A DNA stretch of 64,000 nucleotides from the NCBI GenBank assembly GCA_038245905.1, contig JBBRRY010000020.1, forward strand, positions 9,006-73,005. Direction: 5' to 3'. How positions within the stretch are numbered: position 1 is the stretch's first letter; each line of letters starts with the position of its first letter. Positions 29,664-40,270 of this stretch are shown one piece after another. Source of the stretch: Thermoanaerobaculia bacterium (GTDB lineage Bacteria > Acidobacteriota > Thermoanaerobaculia > UBA5066). Under the pieces are notes generated by a model. It was not told the origin of the DNA. It saw only the letters and a list, made by a program, of their open reading frames with translations, and ran no database searches. The position numbers were made by a program, and so were the translations under genes.

Positions 29664-30818
29664 ATGTTAGGCTCGTCCGTGTCCCGTCGCGCTGGGCTTT
29701 CTCCGCCGGAGCGAATCCGCTACGCGCGGCATCTCGCGCTGCCCGAGGTCGGGGAGGAAGGCCAGGAGAGGCTCAAGGCCGCGCGGGTTCTCGTCGTGGG
29801 TGCGGGTGGCCTCGGCTCTCCCGTCGCGCTGTATCTCGCGGCCGCGGGGGTGGGCACGCTCGGCCTCGTCGATTTCGACGCGGTCGACGTCACGAACCTT
29901 CAGCGCCAGATCCTGTACGGCACCGGAGACGTGGGGCGGCCGAAGCTCGAGGCGGCGGCCGCGCGTCTTTCGGACCTGAATCCCGCGGTCCGGATAGTCC
30001 CACACGCTCTTTGGCTCTCCCCGGAGAACGCGCTGGACGTTCTCGCCGGGTACGACGTCGTGGCGGACGGGACGGACAATTTTCCGGCGCGCTATCTCGT
30101 GAACGACGCCTGCGTCCTCCTCGGCAAGCCGAACGTCTACGCCTCGGTGTCCCGCTTCGACGGGCAGGCCTCCGTATTCTGGGCGGCGAGGGGCCCGTGC
30201 TACCGGTGCCTCTTCGAGGAGCCTCCGCCCGCGGATCTCGTGCCGTCCTGCGCCGAAGGCGGCGTTCTCGGCGTGCTCCCCGGCCTGCTCGGGACGATCC
30301 AGGCGACGGAAGTCCTCAAGCTCCTCCTCGGGGTCGGCGAACCGCTGGTCGGCCGCCTCCTCCTCGTGGACGCGCTTCGCATGGAGATGCGGACGATCTC
30401 GACCGAGAAGAATCCCGCATGCGCGATCTGCGGCCTGCGACCGACTCTGACGCACCTCGTCGACACGGAAGCATTCTGTGCCGGGCGCCCCGCTGCGGCC
30501 ATCGCGGAAACCTTGCCGGCGGCGCTCGCGGAGCGGCTCGCCTCGGGTAATGCGCCGTTTCTCCTCGACGTCCGAGAGCCGTTCGAGGTCCCGGCGCGCT
30601 CGCTCGCGGCGGCCGTGAACATTCCGCTCGCGGGACTGCCCTCCCGCCTCGACGAGGTCCCGCGCGGCCGCGACGTCCTCGTCTACTGCGAATCCGGAAT
30701 CCGGAGCGCCCGCGCGCTCGTGATTCTCGCGGCGGCGGGCCGTGGGCGTGTCTCGCACCTCACGGGTGGAATCGCGCGCTGGATACGCGAGGGGCGCCCC
30801 GTGGTCAGCTCCTGGTGA
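29664..30818 (+). CDS. moeB: MoeB/MoeZ-type adenylyltransferase with C-terminal rhodanese domain
   Basis: RYARHL, GAGGLG, NLQRQ, CYRC and CAIC zinc motifs; rhodanese YCESGIRS. Confidence 0.92.
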   Translation: MLGSSVSRRAGLSPPERIRYARHLALPEVGEEGQERLKAARVLVVGAGGLGSPVALYLAAAGVGTLGLVDFDAVDVTNLQRQILYGTGDVGRPKLEAAAARLSDLNPAVRIVPHALWLSPENALDVLAGYDVVADGTDNFPARYLVNDACVLLGKPNVYASVSRFDGQASVFWAARGPCYRCLFEEPPPADLVPSCAEGGVLGVLPGLLGTIQATEVLKLLLGVGEPLVGRLLLVDALRMEMRTISTEKNPACAICGLRPTLTHLVDTEAFCAGRPAAAIAETLPAALAERLASGNAPFLLDVREPFEVPARSLAAAVNIPLAGLPSRLDEVPRGRDVLVYCESGIRSARALVILAAAGRGRVSHLTGGIARWIREGRPVVSSW

Positions 30819-31293
30819 TCGGCGGGGCCGCCGCGGCCCGCGCGCTGGCCTTCGCCGGAGCGCGGTCACAGTAGCGGGCCCAGATCGTCGCCGCAGCGAG
30901 GAGGAGGACACCCACCGTCGTCACGACGAAGACGGCGACCGGGCGCGCCTTGCGGACGGGCGGAATGGACAGGGACGAGATGAGGCGCTCCGCGCTCGTC
31001 GTCTCCTTCACCTCGACCTCGAAGAGAGCCTCGACTTCGCCGAAGCGCAGGGCTGCGCCGGGCGGCAGCGAAACCTCGGTGATACGCGCTCCGCCGAGAA
31101 ACGTGCCGTTCGCGCTGCCGAGGTCGCGAAGGGACCAGCCGTTCTCCGTCTTCTCGAGGAGCGCGTGGCGGCGCGAGACCGACCGGCTCTCGAGGGGCAC
31201 GTCACAGTCGGCATCGCGCCCCACGACCGCCTGCTGCTCGAACACAAGACGCCGCGCTTCGCCTTCCGCGCGGATGGTCAGCACACCCGGCAT
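30805..31293 (-). CDS. FHA-domain membrane-anchored protein
   Basis: VGR..CDV...SVSRRHA...DLGSANGTF FHA core; C-terminal TM helix. Confidence 0.88.
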   Translation of the reverse strand: MPGVLTIRAEGEARRLVFEQQAVVGRDADCDVPLESRSVSRRHALLEKTENGWSLRDLGSANGTFLGGARITEVSLPPGAALRFGEVEALFEVEVKETTSAERLISSLSIPPVRKARPVAVFVVTTVGVLLLAAATIWARYCDRAPAKASARAAAAPPITRS

Positions 31294-31317
31294 GTTTCCT
31301 CTTCTCCCGGGCGAATC

Positions 31318-32691
31318 TTATGCCGGTTGGAGGACGCCAGGCGAATCGTCTTCGGACACGGGAGGTCCGAGCACGAACGCGACGTCGCCCACGTTCGTTC
31401 CAGTAGGCCCGGGAGCGAAGGCGTCGCCGAGGGCGTGAAAGAACGGGGCCGTGTCGTTCTCCACGAGCGCGCGCGCCGAATCGAGTCCGAGCGTCTCGGC
31501 GCGCGCCATGGTGCCGCCGTCGACGAACGCTCCCGCGGCATCCGGTTCGTGGTCGATGCCGTCGGTTCCGGCGCAGAGCATCGTGATGCCCGGAACTTCC
31601 GCGATTTCGCGCGCCGCCGAGAGCGCGACTTCGCGGTTACGTCCGCCGCGTCCAGAGCCCTTCACCGTCACGGTCGTCTCGCCTCCGAGAATCGTGACGT
31701 GGCGCCTTGGGGCGAACGTGGAACGGCGACGACGGAGATCTCCGGCGATCGCCCCGGCGAACGCGAGGCGCCGGCCGGCGGTCCGCGCCTCGCCCGAAAG
31801 GAGCTCGGGAACGACACGCGGCTCGATCCCGAGGCGCAGGGCCTCGACGCGCGCGCCGTCGAGGGCCGTGTGCACGTCCGCGAGAAGCACGCTCCAGCGC
31901 GGTCCGCCCGATCGGAGCTGGGCCGGCTCATGCCCGTAAGACAGATGGGCCCGGACGGAAGCCGGCGCGAGCGGCCCGATCCGGTAGCGCTCGAGGATGC
32001 CGCGCGCGTCGGCCGGCCGCGTCGGAGAACCGAGCGTCGGGCCGGAAGCGACGAGATGCCACCCGTCGTCTCCGAGATCCGAAAGGACGAGGGTCACGAC
32101 GTCGGCCGCGCCCGCGGCGGCGGCGAGACGCCCCCCCTTCACGCGCGACAGCGCCGCGCGCACGGCGTTCACGTCTGTGATCGGAGCCCCCGCGGCCATG
32201 AGGAGCCGCGAGGTCTTTGACTTGTCGTCGAGCGAGATCCCCGCAGCGGGCGCGCACAGGAGGCTCGATCCGCCTCCCGACAGAAGCACGACGAAGAGAT
32301 CGCCTTTGCCGAGCGAGCCCGCAAGCGACAGCGCCGCGTCTCCGGCGGCGAGGCTGCTCTCGTCCGGATCGGGATGGCGCGCCCCGATCGTGCGCACGGA
32401 GGGGGGCAGGACGCGGAACGGCGCGTCCTCGGGCGCCACGACGAGCAGGTCGTCGATGCGCGACCCGAGGTTCGCGTGCGCGGCCGCGGCCATCGGCACG
32501 GCCGCTTTCCCGACCGCGAGCACGACGACGCGCGAGGGGGCGAAGACGAACTCGCGCTGCGCGCGCGCCGACACGGAGCGGACGAAGACGCCGGCTCCCC
32601 GGCGTCCGAGGGCCTCGGCGACGAGAGCCGCCGGATCGATGGCCGCCACCGCGGCGCGATAGAGCCGCGTGAGAATATCGCGCTCGTCCAC
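31318..32691 (-). CDS. Glycerate kinase type 2 (DUF4147/MOFRL family)
   Basis: GKAA..MA, HPDPD, SGGGSSL, VKGGRL, GGETTV, GGRNRE and TGTNVGD motifs. Confidence 0.92.
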   Translation of the reverse strand: MDERDILTRLYRAAVAAIDPAALVAEALGRRGAGVFVRSVSARAQREFVFAPSRVVVLAVGKAAVPMAAAAHANLGSRIDDLLVVAPEDAPFRVLPPSVRTIGARHPDPDESSLAAGDAALSLAGSLGKGDLFVVLLSGGGSSLLCAPAAGISLDDKSKTSRLLMAAGAPITDVNAVRAALSRVKGGRLAAAAGAADVVTLVLSDLGDDGWHLVASGPTLGSPTRPADARGILERYRIGPLAPASVRAHLSYGHEPAQLRSGGPRWSVLLADVHTALDGARVEALRLGIEPRVVPELLSGEARTAGRRLAFAGAIAGDLRRRRSTFAPRRHVTILGGETTVTVKGSGRGGRNREVALSAAREIAEVPGITMLCAGTDGIDHEPDAAGAFVDGGTMARAETLGLDSARALVENDTAPFFHALGDAFAPGPTGTNVGDVAFVLGPPVSEDDSPGVLQPA

Positions 32692-32770
32692 GAGCCCTAC
32701 AGTCTAACGGAGGCCGTTCGCCGGAGTAAGATCGTGAGAAGCCGCACCCCGCGGCGCAGGGAGGTTCAAC

Positions 32771-33046
32771 ATGGCACGCTCACGGGTTGACGACATCCTC
32801 GGGTCGATGCGCGAAGGCTTCTCGGAGGCCGGCGAAAAAGGTCAGGATCTCGCGAAGGAAGTGGCCGGACGCGTCGAAGACGTTCTCGACGATGCGGGCA
32901 TACAGGGAAAGCGCATTCGCAAGGAGCTCGCCCGCCGCTGGAAGACGGTCGACCGGGCCGGACGCGACAACGCGTTCGTGATGGCGGTCGCCGCCCTCGG
33001 AATCGGCGTCGTCGTCGGATACCTGCTTTCACGCGACGACGACTGA
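32771..33046 (+). CDS. ElaB/YqjD (DUF883)-like tail-anchored protein
   Basis: Charged helical N-terminus and C-terminal AALGIGVVVGYLLSR; GGAGG RBS. Confidence 0.7.
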   Translation: MARSRVDDILGSMREGFSEAGEKGQDLAKEVAGRVEDVLDDAGIQGKRIRKELARRWKTVDRAGRDNAFVMAVAALGIGVVVGYLLSRDDD

Positions 33047-33081
33047 GCCCGGCCTCGCCCCCGCGAATCGCGGGTCCGCGC

Positions 33082-33342
33082 TCACGCGAAATGGTCGGCG
33101 TTGATCTGCTGGTAGTGCTTCCACTTCTCGGGGATGGTCTCCTCCGTGAAAATCGCCTTCACGGGGCACGCCGGTTCGCAGTTTCCGCACTGAATGCACG
33201 TATTGGGGTCGATGTAGAGCATCGTCGCTTCGCCGAACCCGTCTTCGTCCTTCTTCGGGTGGATGCAATCGACGGGGCAGACCTCGACGCAGGCGGTGTC
33301 CTTCGTTCCGATGCACGGCTCGGCGATGATGTACATGCCCAT
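33082..33342 (-). CDS. Dicluster ferredoxin (7Fe FdxA-like)
   Basis: CIGTKDTACVEVCPVDC and CIQCGNCEPACP. Confidence 0.93.
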   Translation of the reverse strand: MGMYIIAEPCIGTKDTACVEVCPVDCIHPKKDEDGFGEATMLYIDPNTCIQCGNCEPACPVKAIFTEETIPEKWKHYQQINADHFA

Positions 33343-33410
33343 CGAAGTTCCCTCCCCGGCGACCGGGAAAAAGTCTAGCAGGCTCGGACCCGGGGGTTAG
33401 ACTTCGGCCC

Positions 33411-34706
33411 GTGAAAACCGAAATTGCGGGGCATCCCCGGGGGCTCGCGGCCCTCTTCCTGACCGAGATGTGGGAGAGGTTCAGCTATTACGGGATGCGG
33501 GCGATGCTCGTTCTCTATCTCGTTCAGGGTCTCGCGTGGACGCCGTCAAGGGCCTCCGTTCTGTACGGGTTCTACACGGGACTGGTCTGGCTCACGCCGA
33601 TTTTCGGGGGCTACATCGCGGACCGTTTCTGGGGAGCCCAGAAGTCCCTCCTCGTGGGCGGTCTCGTCATCGCTTCCGGCCACTTCGTTCTCGCGATCGA
33701 GGCGATGCCGGCGTTCTACATCGGCCTCCTCCTCGTGGCGCTCGGAACGGGGCTCTTCAAGCCGAACGTGAGCGCGTGCGTCGGCGAGCTGTACGCCGAG
33801 GGCGATCCGCGGCGCGACAGCGGATTCACGATCTTCTACATGGGAATCAACCTCGGTGCGTTCATCGGGCCGATCGTCACCGGGTGGTTGCGCGTTCATT
33901 ACGGATGGCCATACGGCTTCGCGGCGGCGGGCGTGGGAATGCTTCTCGCGGTCCTCACGCTCATGGCGACGCGGAAGAAGTTTCTCGGCACGGCGGGCCT
34001 CCTTCCAAGCGCGAAACGGCGAGCGGCCGAAGGCGCGCCGCCGTCCGGCCCGCTCACGAAAGACGAGTGGGAGCGCGTGACGGCGCTCTTCGTCATCTCG
34101 TTCTTCGTCATCTTCTTCTGGGCCGCATACGAGCAGGCCGGGAACTCGATGAACGTCTTCGCCGCCCAGAGCACGCGCCTCTCGCTCGGCTCCTGGAAGC
34201 TCATCCCGGAGTGGTTTCAGTCGATCGACGCCGTGTTCGTCCTCGCCTCGGCGCCGCTCCTCGCCCTCCTGTGGCCCTGGCTCTCGAGGAGAAACCTCGA
34301 GCCCTCGACGACGCGCAAGATGGCGATCGGCCTCGTCGTCATGGGCCTTGGTTTCATTTTTATGATCGCCGCTGCCGAGGACGTGAAAGCGGGTCATCTC
34401 GCGAGCCCCTGGTACCTGGTCCTCGCATACGGATTCCACACGTGGGGTGAGTTGTGCCTGTCCCCGATCGGGCTCTCCCTCGTCACGAAGGTCGCGCCGG
34501 TGAAGATCGTCTCGCTCATGATGGGCGTCTGGTTCCTGTCCAACTTCGCGGGCAACGTCGTTGGCGGGTTCCTCGGCGCTCTGACCGGAACGATTCACGA
34601 CCCCGTGACCTTCTGGGCCATCTTCCTTGCGTTTCCGGTCGTGGCGGGTGTCGTGCTCTTCATGATTGCCCCGAAGCTTCAGCGCCTCATGCACGGCCGC
34701 AGCTGA
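33411..34706 (+). CDS. POT-family proton-dependent oligopeptide transporter
   Basis: EMWERFSYYGM, GLFKPN, FYMGINLG and GELCLSPIGLS motifs. Confidence 0.95.
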   Translation: MKTEIAGHPRGLAALFLTEMWERFSYYGMRAMLVLYLVQGLAWTPSRASVLYGFYTGLVWLTPIFGGYIADRFWGAQKSLLVGGLVIASGHFVLAIEAMPAFYIGLLLVALGTGLFKPNVSACVGELYAEGDPRRDSGFTIFYMGINLGAFIGPIVTGWLRVHYGWPYGFAAAGVGMLLAVLTLMATRKKFLGTAGLLPSAKRRAAEGAPPSGPLTKDEWERVTALFVISFFVIFFWAAYEQAGNSMNVFAAQSTRLSLGSWKLIPEWFQSIDAVFVLASAPLLALLWPWLSRRNLEPSTTRKMAIGLVVMGLGFIFMIAAAEDVKAGHLASPWYLVLAYGFHTWGELCLSPIGLSLVTKVAPVKIVSLMMGVWFLSNFAGNVVGGFLGALTGTIHDPVTFWAIFLAFPVVAGVVLFMIAPKLQRLMHGRS

Positions 34707-34712
34707 GGTTCC

Positions 34713-37337
34713 GTGTTTTCCTTCTTTGCACTCCTGGTCGCGGGCGCGGCTCTCGTGATCGCCGCGTTGCTGCGAGAGCGCGTCGCGCGGCTGGAAGAGG
34801 AGGTCAGAAGGCTCTCGTCGCCGGTTGTGCAGGCGCAGGTCGAGACAGTGGATTTGAAAGCCCCGCCGATCGCATTTCCCGCGCCGCCAATCGCATTTGC
34901 GACTGCGACGCCCGTCACTCACCCTTCTAAGCAAAGCGCCGATGCCGGTGCTCTGCCGCCGGGTATCGACTGGGAGAGCTTCGTCGGCGTCAAGCTCTTT
35001 TCATGGACCGCCGGCATCTTCCTCACGCTCGGCGCGATCTTCTTCCTGCGTTACTCCATCGAGCGCGGCTGGCTCTCGCCTCCCATTCGGATGGCCATCG
35101 GGCTCGCCGTGGGTCTCGGGGTCCTGATCCTGTGCGAGCTTCGAGCCGCGCGGCGCTATGCGGTGACGGCAAGCGCGCTCGCGGCCGCCGGGCTCGCCAT
35201 TCTCTTCGCCACGTTCTACGCCGCGTACGCGCGGTGGGAGATCCTCGGCCTCTTCCCCGCGTTCGCCGCGCTCGCGCTCGTGGCGGCGCTTGCCGTCGCG
35301 CTTGCGGTTCGCCACGACTCAGCGTTCATCGCCGGGCTGGGTCTCCTGGGCGGCTTCGCGACGCCCGCGCTCCTCGCCGTGGGCGAGGACCGGCCGGGGA
35401 CTTTCCTCTCGTACCTCCTTCTCCTCGACGTGGGTCTCGTGTGGGCCGCCGCGAAGAAGCGCTGGCTGTTCCTTCCGTTCGTGAGCGTTCCCGTCACGAC
35501 CCTTTACGCACTCTCCCTCGCGACGTCACCGGATGACGGCAGCCTCTGGCCGATCCTCTTCGGTTTTCTTCTCGTCCTCGACCTTGGCCTCCTGGCCTTC
35601 GCTGCGGTTCAGGACGCGCCGGCCCTCCACGTCATGGCCGGCCTCGCGACGCTCGCCGTCGTCGGCGCGTGGTTCGTGCGTTCGGCGACTCCGGAGCTTC
35701 TGGCGCCCGGCCTCGCCGCCGCCGCGGCATTCGGAATTCTCTACTTCGTCGCGCCCGCGCTCGCGGCGCGCGTGCACCCGCCGGGCGCGATTCCCGACGA
35801 CGCCGCGCACCTCGGGCTCCTGGGGCCATTCCTGATCCTCTTCGTCGCCTCCCAGCGCAGCCTCTCGTCGCCTCCCGACCCGCGCGCGGCCATCGCGCTC
35901 GGACTTCTCGTCGTCGCCGCCGCCTGGGTCGCGGCACGGCGCGGACCCGCACGATTGCAGGTCGCGTCGCTCACGCTCGCATCGCTCGCACCCCTCGTGC
36001 TGTCTGTCGTGGCGACACGCGCATCCGGGCCTGTCGCCGCGCTCGGTGCGGCCGCGACCCTCGCGCTCTTCAGCGTCGGCGCCTGGGTGTGGAGGGAGGG
36101 CCGGGCGTTCGCGGCCGGGGCGGCGGTCGCGCTTTTTCTGGCCGAAGCGGTGGCGATTTCCGTGTCGTTCGCCCACGGCGCGCCGCCCCTCCGCGCTCTT
36201 CTCGCGGCGCACGTCGTGTTTCTCCTCGCGCTCCTCTCTCTCGCGGAGGGTTCGGGCGCGGGGGGGCTCGCGGTCCTCGCGGTCCTGCCCGCCGCGGCGG
36301 CCGCGTATGCTTGGGAGATCGCGCACCGGGGCGGTTCCGCCCTCTGGAAGGACGAGCTGCTTCTGGGCGGTGCGTTCTGGATCATCTTTCTCGCATACCC
36401 GCTCGTCCTCGGGAAGCGCGCGGAGCGGGCGAAGGAGCCGTATCTCGCGGCCGTTCTCGCGAGCGCGATCTTTTTTCCGCTCTTTCGCACCGCGCTCCTC
36501 GAGGGCGGATACCGGGGCGTGATGGGTCTCCTGCCGCTCGCGCTCGCACTCGGCCTCGCGCTGCTCCTCGCGCGGCTGCTGACGCTCGGTGTTCCCGAGG
36601 GAGAGGACCGCGCACGCCTCGCGCTCGTCGCGGGAGCGGTTCTGGCGTTCGTCACGGTCGCGATCCCGCTCCAGTTCGAGAGAGAGTGGCTGACGCTCGG
36701 CTGGGCGCTTCTCGGCGCCTCCCTCTCGTGGCTCTTCGGGCGCATTCCGCACCGCGGTCTTGTCTGGTGGGCGGGGGGCCTCTTCGCGGCCGCGTTCCTG
36801 CGCCTCGCGATGAACCCGGCCGTTCTCACCTATCACCCGCGCGCCGCGGCGCCGCTCTTCAACTGGTATGTCGCGGTTTACGGCGTGGCGGCGGCCGCGT
36901 TCTTCCTTGGTGCCCGGCTCCTCCGCTCGACGGGCGACGCGAGGGCGCGGAGGCTCGCGGACCTTCTTCCGGCGGGCGGCGTTGCTTTGCTCTTCGTCCT
37001 CGTGAACCTCGAGATCGCGAATATTTTCGCGGTGGGCGCTGTGCCGGCGTTCAACGTCCTGTCATCGTCCCTCGCCGAGGGCCTCGCCTACACGCTCTCG
37101 TGGGCGGGGTTCGCGATCGTGCTCCTCGTCGTCTCGATCGCAGCCGGAAACCGCCGCGGCCGCATCGCGGCGGTCGTGCTTCTCGTCGTCACGATCCTGA
37201 AGTGCTTCCTCTTCGACCTCGCGCGTCTCGGCGGCCTCTATCGCGTCGCGTCGTTCGTCGGCCTCGCGATCAGCCTCGCGGCGGTCGCGGTGCTCCTCCA
37301 GCGCTTCGTGCTGCCCCGGAAAGACTCGCGAACCTAG
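34713..37337 (+). CDS. DUF2339-like polytopic membrane protein
   Basis: WESFVGVK, GWLSPPIR, GGFATP and KCFLFDLARLGGLYRVASF segments; many TM helices. Confidence 0.85.
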   Translation: MFSFFALLVAGAALVIAALLRERVARLEEEVRRLSSPVVQAQVETVDLKAPPIAFPAPPIAFATATPVTHPSKQSADAGALPPGIDWESFVGVKLFSWTAGIFLTLGAIFFLRYSIERGWLSPPIRMAIGLAVGLGVLILCELRAARRYAVTASALAAAGLAILFATFYAAYARWEILGLFPAFAALALVAALAVALAVRHDSAFIAGLGLLGGFATPALLAVGEDRPGTFLSYLLLLDVGLVWAAAKKRWLFLPFVSVPVTTLYALSLATSPDDGSLWPILFGFLLVLDLGLLAFAAVQDAPALHVMAGLATLAVVGAWFVRSATPELLAPGLAAAAAFGILYFVAPALAARVHPPGAIPDDAAHLGLLGPFLILFVASQRSLSSPPDPRAAIALGLLVVAAAWVAARRGPARLQVASLTLASLAPLVLSVVATRASGPVAALGAAATLALFSVGAWVWREGRAFAAGAAVALFLAEAVAISVSFAHGAPPLRALLAAHVVFLLALLSLAEGSGAGGLAVLAVLPAAAAAYAWEIAHRGGSALWKDELLLGGAFWIIFLAYPLVLGKRAERAKEPYLAAVLASAIFFPLFRTALLEGGYRGVMGLLPLALALGLALLLARLLTLGVPEGEDRARLALVAGAVLAFVTVAIPLQFEREWLTLGWALLGASLSWLFGRIPHRGLVWWAGGLFAAAFLRLAMNPAVLTYHPRAAAPLFNWYVAVYGVAAAAFFLGARLLRSTGDARARRLADLLPAGGVALLFVLVNLEIANIFAVGAVPAFNVLSSSLAEGLAYTLSWAGFAIVLLVVSIAAGNRRGRIAAVVLLVVTILKCFLFDLARLGGLYRVASFVGLAISLAAVAVLLQRFVLPRKDSRT

Positions 37338-37347
37338 TATTTCGTCT

Positions 37348-40185
37348 TCAGTTTTTCGCCGCGAGCATGGGGGGCGCGTAGAGCGGGTCGTTCGTCGCGT
37401 TGTCGATGACGCTCGCATAGGCCGCGACGAGACCGCCGGCGGGCGAGACGCGGATGACTCCCGCGCGGGGTCCGTCGCCGAGACCGCGGCCGTGGAAGAG
37501 GTCGTCGATCTGGATTCCTCCGGCGAGCGGGACGGGCGTCTCGAAGACGTCCCGGCGGACGCCCGACTCGTCGAAGACCTCGACCTTGACGCTGACCGTT
37601 CCGGAGCCGGGAGCCGCGCTGAGGTCGACGAGCGCGAGATTGGTCCGGAAACCGGGGCCTCCCGCCGGAAGGAGAATCTCGAGAGACTCGCCGCCGCCCG
37701 CCGACTGGAAAGCGTTCAGGGCCGGAAGAAGGAGCCCGTACGTGCCGCCGGAGGGGGCGAGGGTGTACGTCCGCGACGTGACGCGCACGCCGCCGGAGTC
37801 GTCGAGCGTTCCCGTCGTCTGGAAGCGCAGGCGGGCGACGCCCGAGAGCCCGAAGGCAGTGGAAAGGACGTCGCGAATCGTCTTCGACTCGCGTGGTAGG
37901 AGCGGAAGCGTGAGGAGCCGCTCGGACGTGTTCACGCTCCACGGCTTGATCGCGAGCGTGACGGACTGCGTCCGTTCGGAGGGGTTGAAAAGAAAGAGGT
38001 CGGTCCGATACCGCGCGCCGTTCGCACCGTCGGCGTGGACCACCGCGGGAATCGAGCGTGGGACGAGCGACGGGACATCGGGCGGAAACCACGTGGGGTC
38101 GTTCGTCGCATTGTCGATCGCCATGAGGCCCGCGATGCTCTCCCCGCTCCGCGGCGTGAAGAGGAGCGAGGCCGTCCTCCAGGCCGGCGCGCCGAGCGCG
38201 GCGCCGAGATCGGACACCTGGCGCTGCCTTGACGCCGAGGTGGCGATCGTGCCCTCGAGCGGCCCGGGCGCGCTCGAGTCCGCGGCGAGACTGAGGTCGG
38301 CGCTCGCGCCGCGGCCGCTCACGTCGGTCGCGACGAGATTCGTCCGGAACCCGTCACCGAGGAGGCCCGCCGAGAAGCTGACCGCGAAGTTCGCGCCGAG
38401 CGCGGCGAAGACGTCGACGGCGCCGACGGACATCCCGTACGTGCCGCCGCCGGCTGCCGCCGTGTACGTGCGGCTCGTCGCCTCGATCGACCGCGTGCCC
38501 TCGGGCACGAGGAGGATCGCGCCTGAGCCGGTCTCGAGTCCGAAGAAGGACGCGAGAGCGTCGGAATACGTCGCGACGGACGACGCGGGGATGAGGACGC
38601 TCTGGTCCGCGGCCGCCGGGGGCGCGTCGATGTTCGGGAGGAACCGCACGACGACCGACACGGGCTCGGGATCAGGATTGCGGAGCACGAGGTCCGTCCG
38701 CCAGCGGCTTCCGTTGATTCCGTTCGAACGCGCGGCCGCCGGGATGACGAGGCGCTGGCGAAGCGAGGCGCGCACGACGCCCCACTCCTGAACGACGTCG
38801 CCGCCGCCTCCGGAGCCGGAGGGTCCACCCGTGGGAGCACCCGTGAACCAGCCGTAGGAAGACCCGGAATTGAACAGGAACGGGGCCCCCGCGGCGGCCG
38901 CGTCGACGTCGAGATGGACGAAGCCCTTGTAGATCGTCTCCTGAAGGAAGAGCTCGTCGTACGACGCCGGGGCGGGCGCGCCTACGCTCCAGATCGCGAG
39001 CGCCGGGTCCTTGAAGATGCGCTGGTCGACCTGCGGCCGCGGGCGGTGGACCTGCACGAGGAGGCGCGTTCCGGAGGGCGCGGCGTGAAGCGCCTCGACT
39101 TCCGGCCGCGTCACGTCGCGCCACGCCTCGACGAGGCCGCCCGCGGGAGTGTGCGAAGAGAGGATCGTCGGCCCGGCTCCGCGCTGCAGGATCCACGCGC
39201 CACCGAAGCCGGCCGTGGGGACGGCGAAGAGGTCGGTCGCGTTCGTGCTCGAGGAGGTGGCGATCTCGGCGAAGGTTCCCGTCGCGCCGCCGAAGGCCCG
39301 CACGACGGACCGGCGCGCGGTGAAGCCCAGGCCGACGACCCCGTAGCCCCAGTCGACGTTCGCGTAGGCGGATCCGTCCGGCGCGATCCAGCCGTCCGTT
39401 ACGACGTCGGAGAGGAATGAGGTGACGAGGGTGCGGCGGCCGCCGGCGTCCGCGGTCCAGAGGCCGAGCCCCGGGAGCGGCGGGCCCGAAGGCTGGCCGG
39501 CGAAGAGGACGAGCGTGCCCTCGCGGTTCGTGCCGAGAAGGCGGAGGGGGCTCGGGCTCTGGGCGACGAGACGGCCAGCGCCGTCGGCCCCGATCGCCCA
39601 GATCTCGGAGCCGGAGCCCGTCCAGGCTTCGACGAAGAAGGGCGCGTCGGCAGAGCCAGGAAGAACCTGAGCTCCGCGCCCGCTCACGAGCGGCCCGCCG
39701 ACGTCGATCTGGGTCCCGCTGCCGATCCCGACGCGGGGAAGCGCGGCCACTTCGGTCCACACCGTCCCGCCGTCCCGGCTGAAGAGGTTTCGGATCGTGG
39801 CATTCGGAGGGTCGGAGACCGGGTACCCGTTCGCGTAGAGAAAGAGAGGGCCGTTTTCCGCCTCGAAGGCGGCAACGGAAAAGAACATCGCGGGCGCGCC
39901 GCGGGGCGTGACGTCGCGGGGCTCCTCGAGGCCCTGCGTGTCGTACACGACGAGCCGCGACAGCGTTTGAAAGCAGGAGAGGCAGCTCGGCCCCAGGTTC
40001 GGGTACGCGACGGACACCTGCTCGACGAGGAGCGTGTGGCGATTCGTCCTCCTCTGGACGGCGGGAGTCGCCTGCCGGCTCGTGATCGGGGCATAGGAGA
40101 TGACCCGCGCCTCCGCGACGGCTCCGCATGCGAAGAGGATGAACGACGCAAGGGCCGCGGCGGGGCGAGGCTGGATCTTCGTCAC
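37348..40185 (-). CDS. Large secreted protein with two copies of the C-terminal module
   Basis: Signal peptide (AVAEA); modules ending AIDNATNDP and YASVIDNATNDP. Confidence 0.8.
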   Translation of the reverse strand: MTKIQPRPAAALASFILFACGAVAEARVISYAPITSRQATPAVQRRTNRHTLLVEQVSVAYPNLGPSCLSCFQTLSRLVVYDTQGLEEPRDVTPRGAPAMFFSVAAFEAENGPLFLYANGYPVSDPPNATIRNLFSRDGGTVWTEVAALPRVGIGSGTQIDVGGPLVSGRGAQVLPGSADAPFFVEAWTGSGSEIWAIGADGAGRLVAQSPSPLRLLGTNREGTLVLFAGQPSGPPLPGLGLWTADAGGRRTLVTSFLSDVVTDGWIAPDGSAYANVDWGYGVVGLGFTARRSVVRAFGGATGTFAEIATSSSTNATDLFAVPTAGFGGAWILQRGAGPTILSSHTPAGGLVEAWRDVTRPEVEALHAAPSGTRLLVQVHRPRPQVDQRIFKDPALAIWSVGAPAPASYDELFLQETIYKGFVHLDVDAAAAGAPFLFNSGSSYGWFTGAPTGGPSGSGGGGDVVQEWGVVRASLRQRLVIPAAARSNGINGSRWRTDLVLRNPDPEPVSVVVRFLPNIDAPPAAADQSVLIPASSVATYSDALASFFGLETGSGAILLVPEGTRSIEATSRTYTAAAGGGTYGMSVGAVDVFAALGANFAVSFSAGLLGDGFRTNLVATDVSGRGASADLSLAADSSAPGPLEGTIATSASRQRQVSDLGAALGAPAWRTASLLFTPRSGESIAGLMAIDNATNDPTWFPPDVPSLVPRSIPAVVHADGANGARYRTDLFLFNPSERTQSVTLAIKPWSVNTSERLLTLPLLPRESKTIRDVLSTAFGLSGVARLRFQTTGTLDDSGGVRVTSRTYTLAPSGGTYGLLLPALNAFQSAGGGESLEILLPAGGPGFRTNLALVDLSAAPGSGTVSVKVEVFDESGVRRDVFETPVPLAGGIQIDDLFHGRGLGDGPRAGVIRVSPAGGLVAAYASVIDNATNDPLYAPPMLAAKN

Positions 40186-40270
40186 CTGGCGCTCCTTCGA
40201 GAGCCGCTCCGTCCGAGAAGGCGCGGTTCACCTGGAAGTGTCGTCCCGCGAGGCGACCTTTCCCTGCCGA

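Noticed and set aside
33411-34706. POT transporter as importer of the 39-aa-derived peptide
   Set aside because: POT carriers mainly take di- and tripeptides, and the gene is unlinked, more than 10 kb away.
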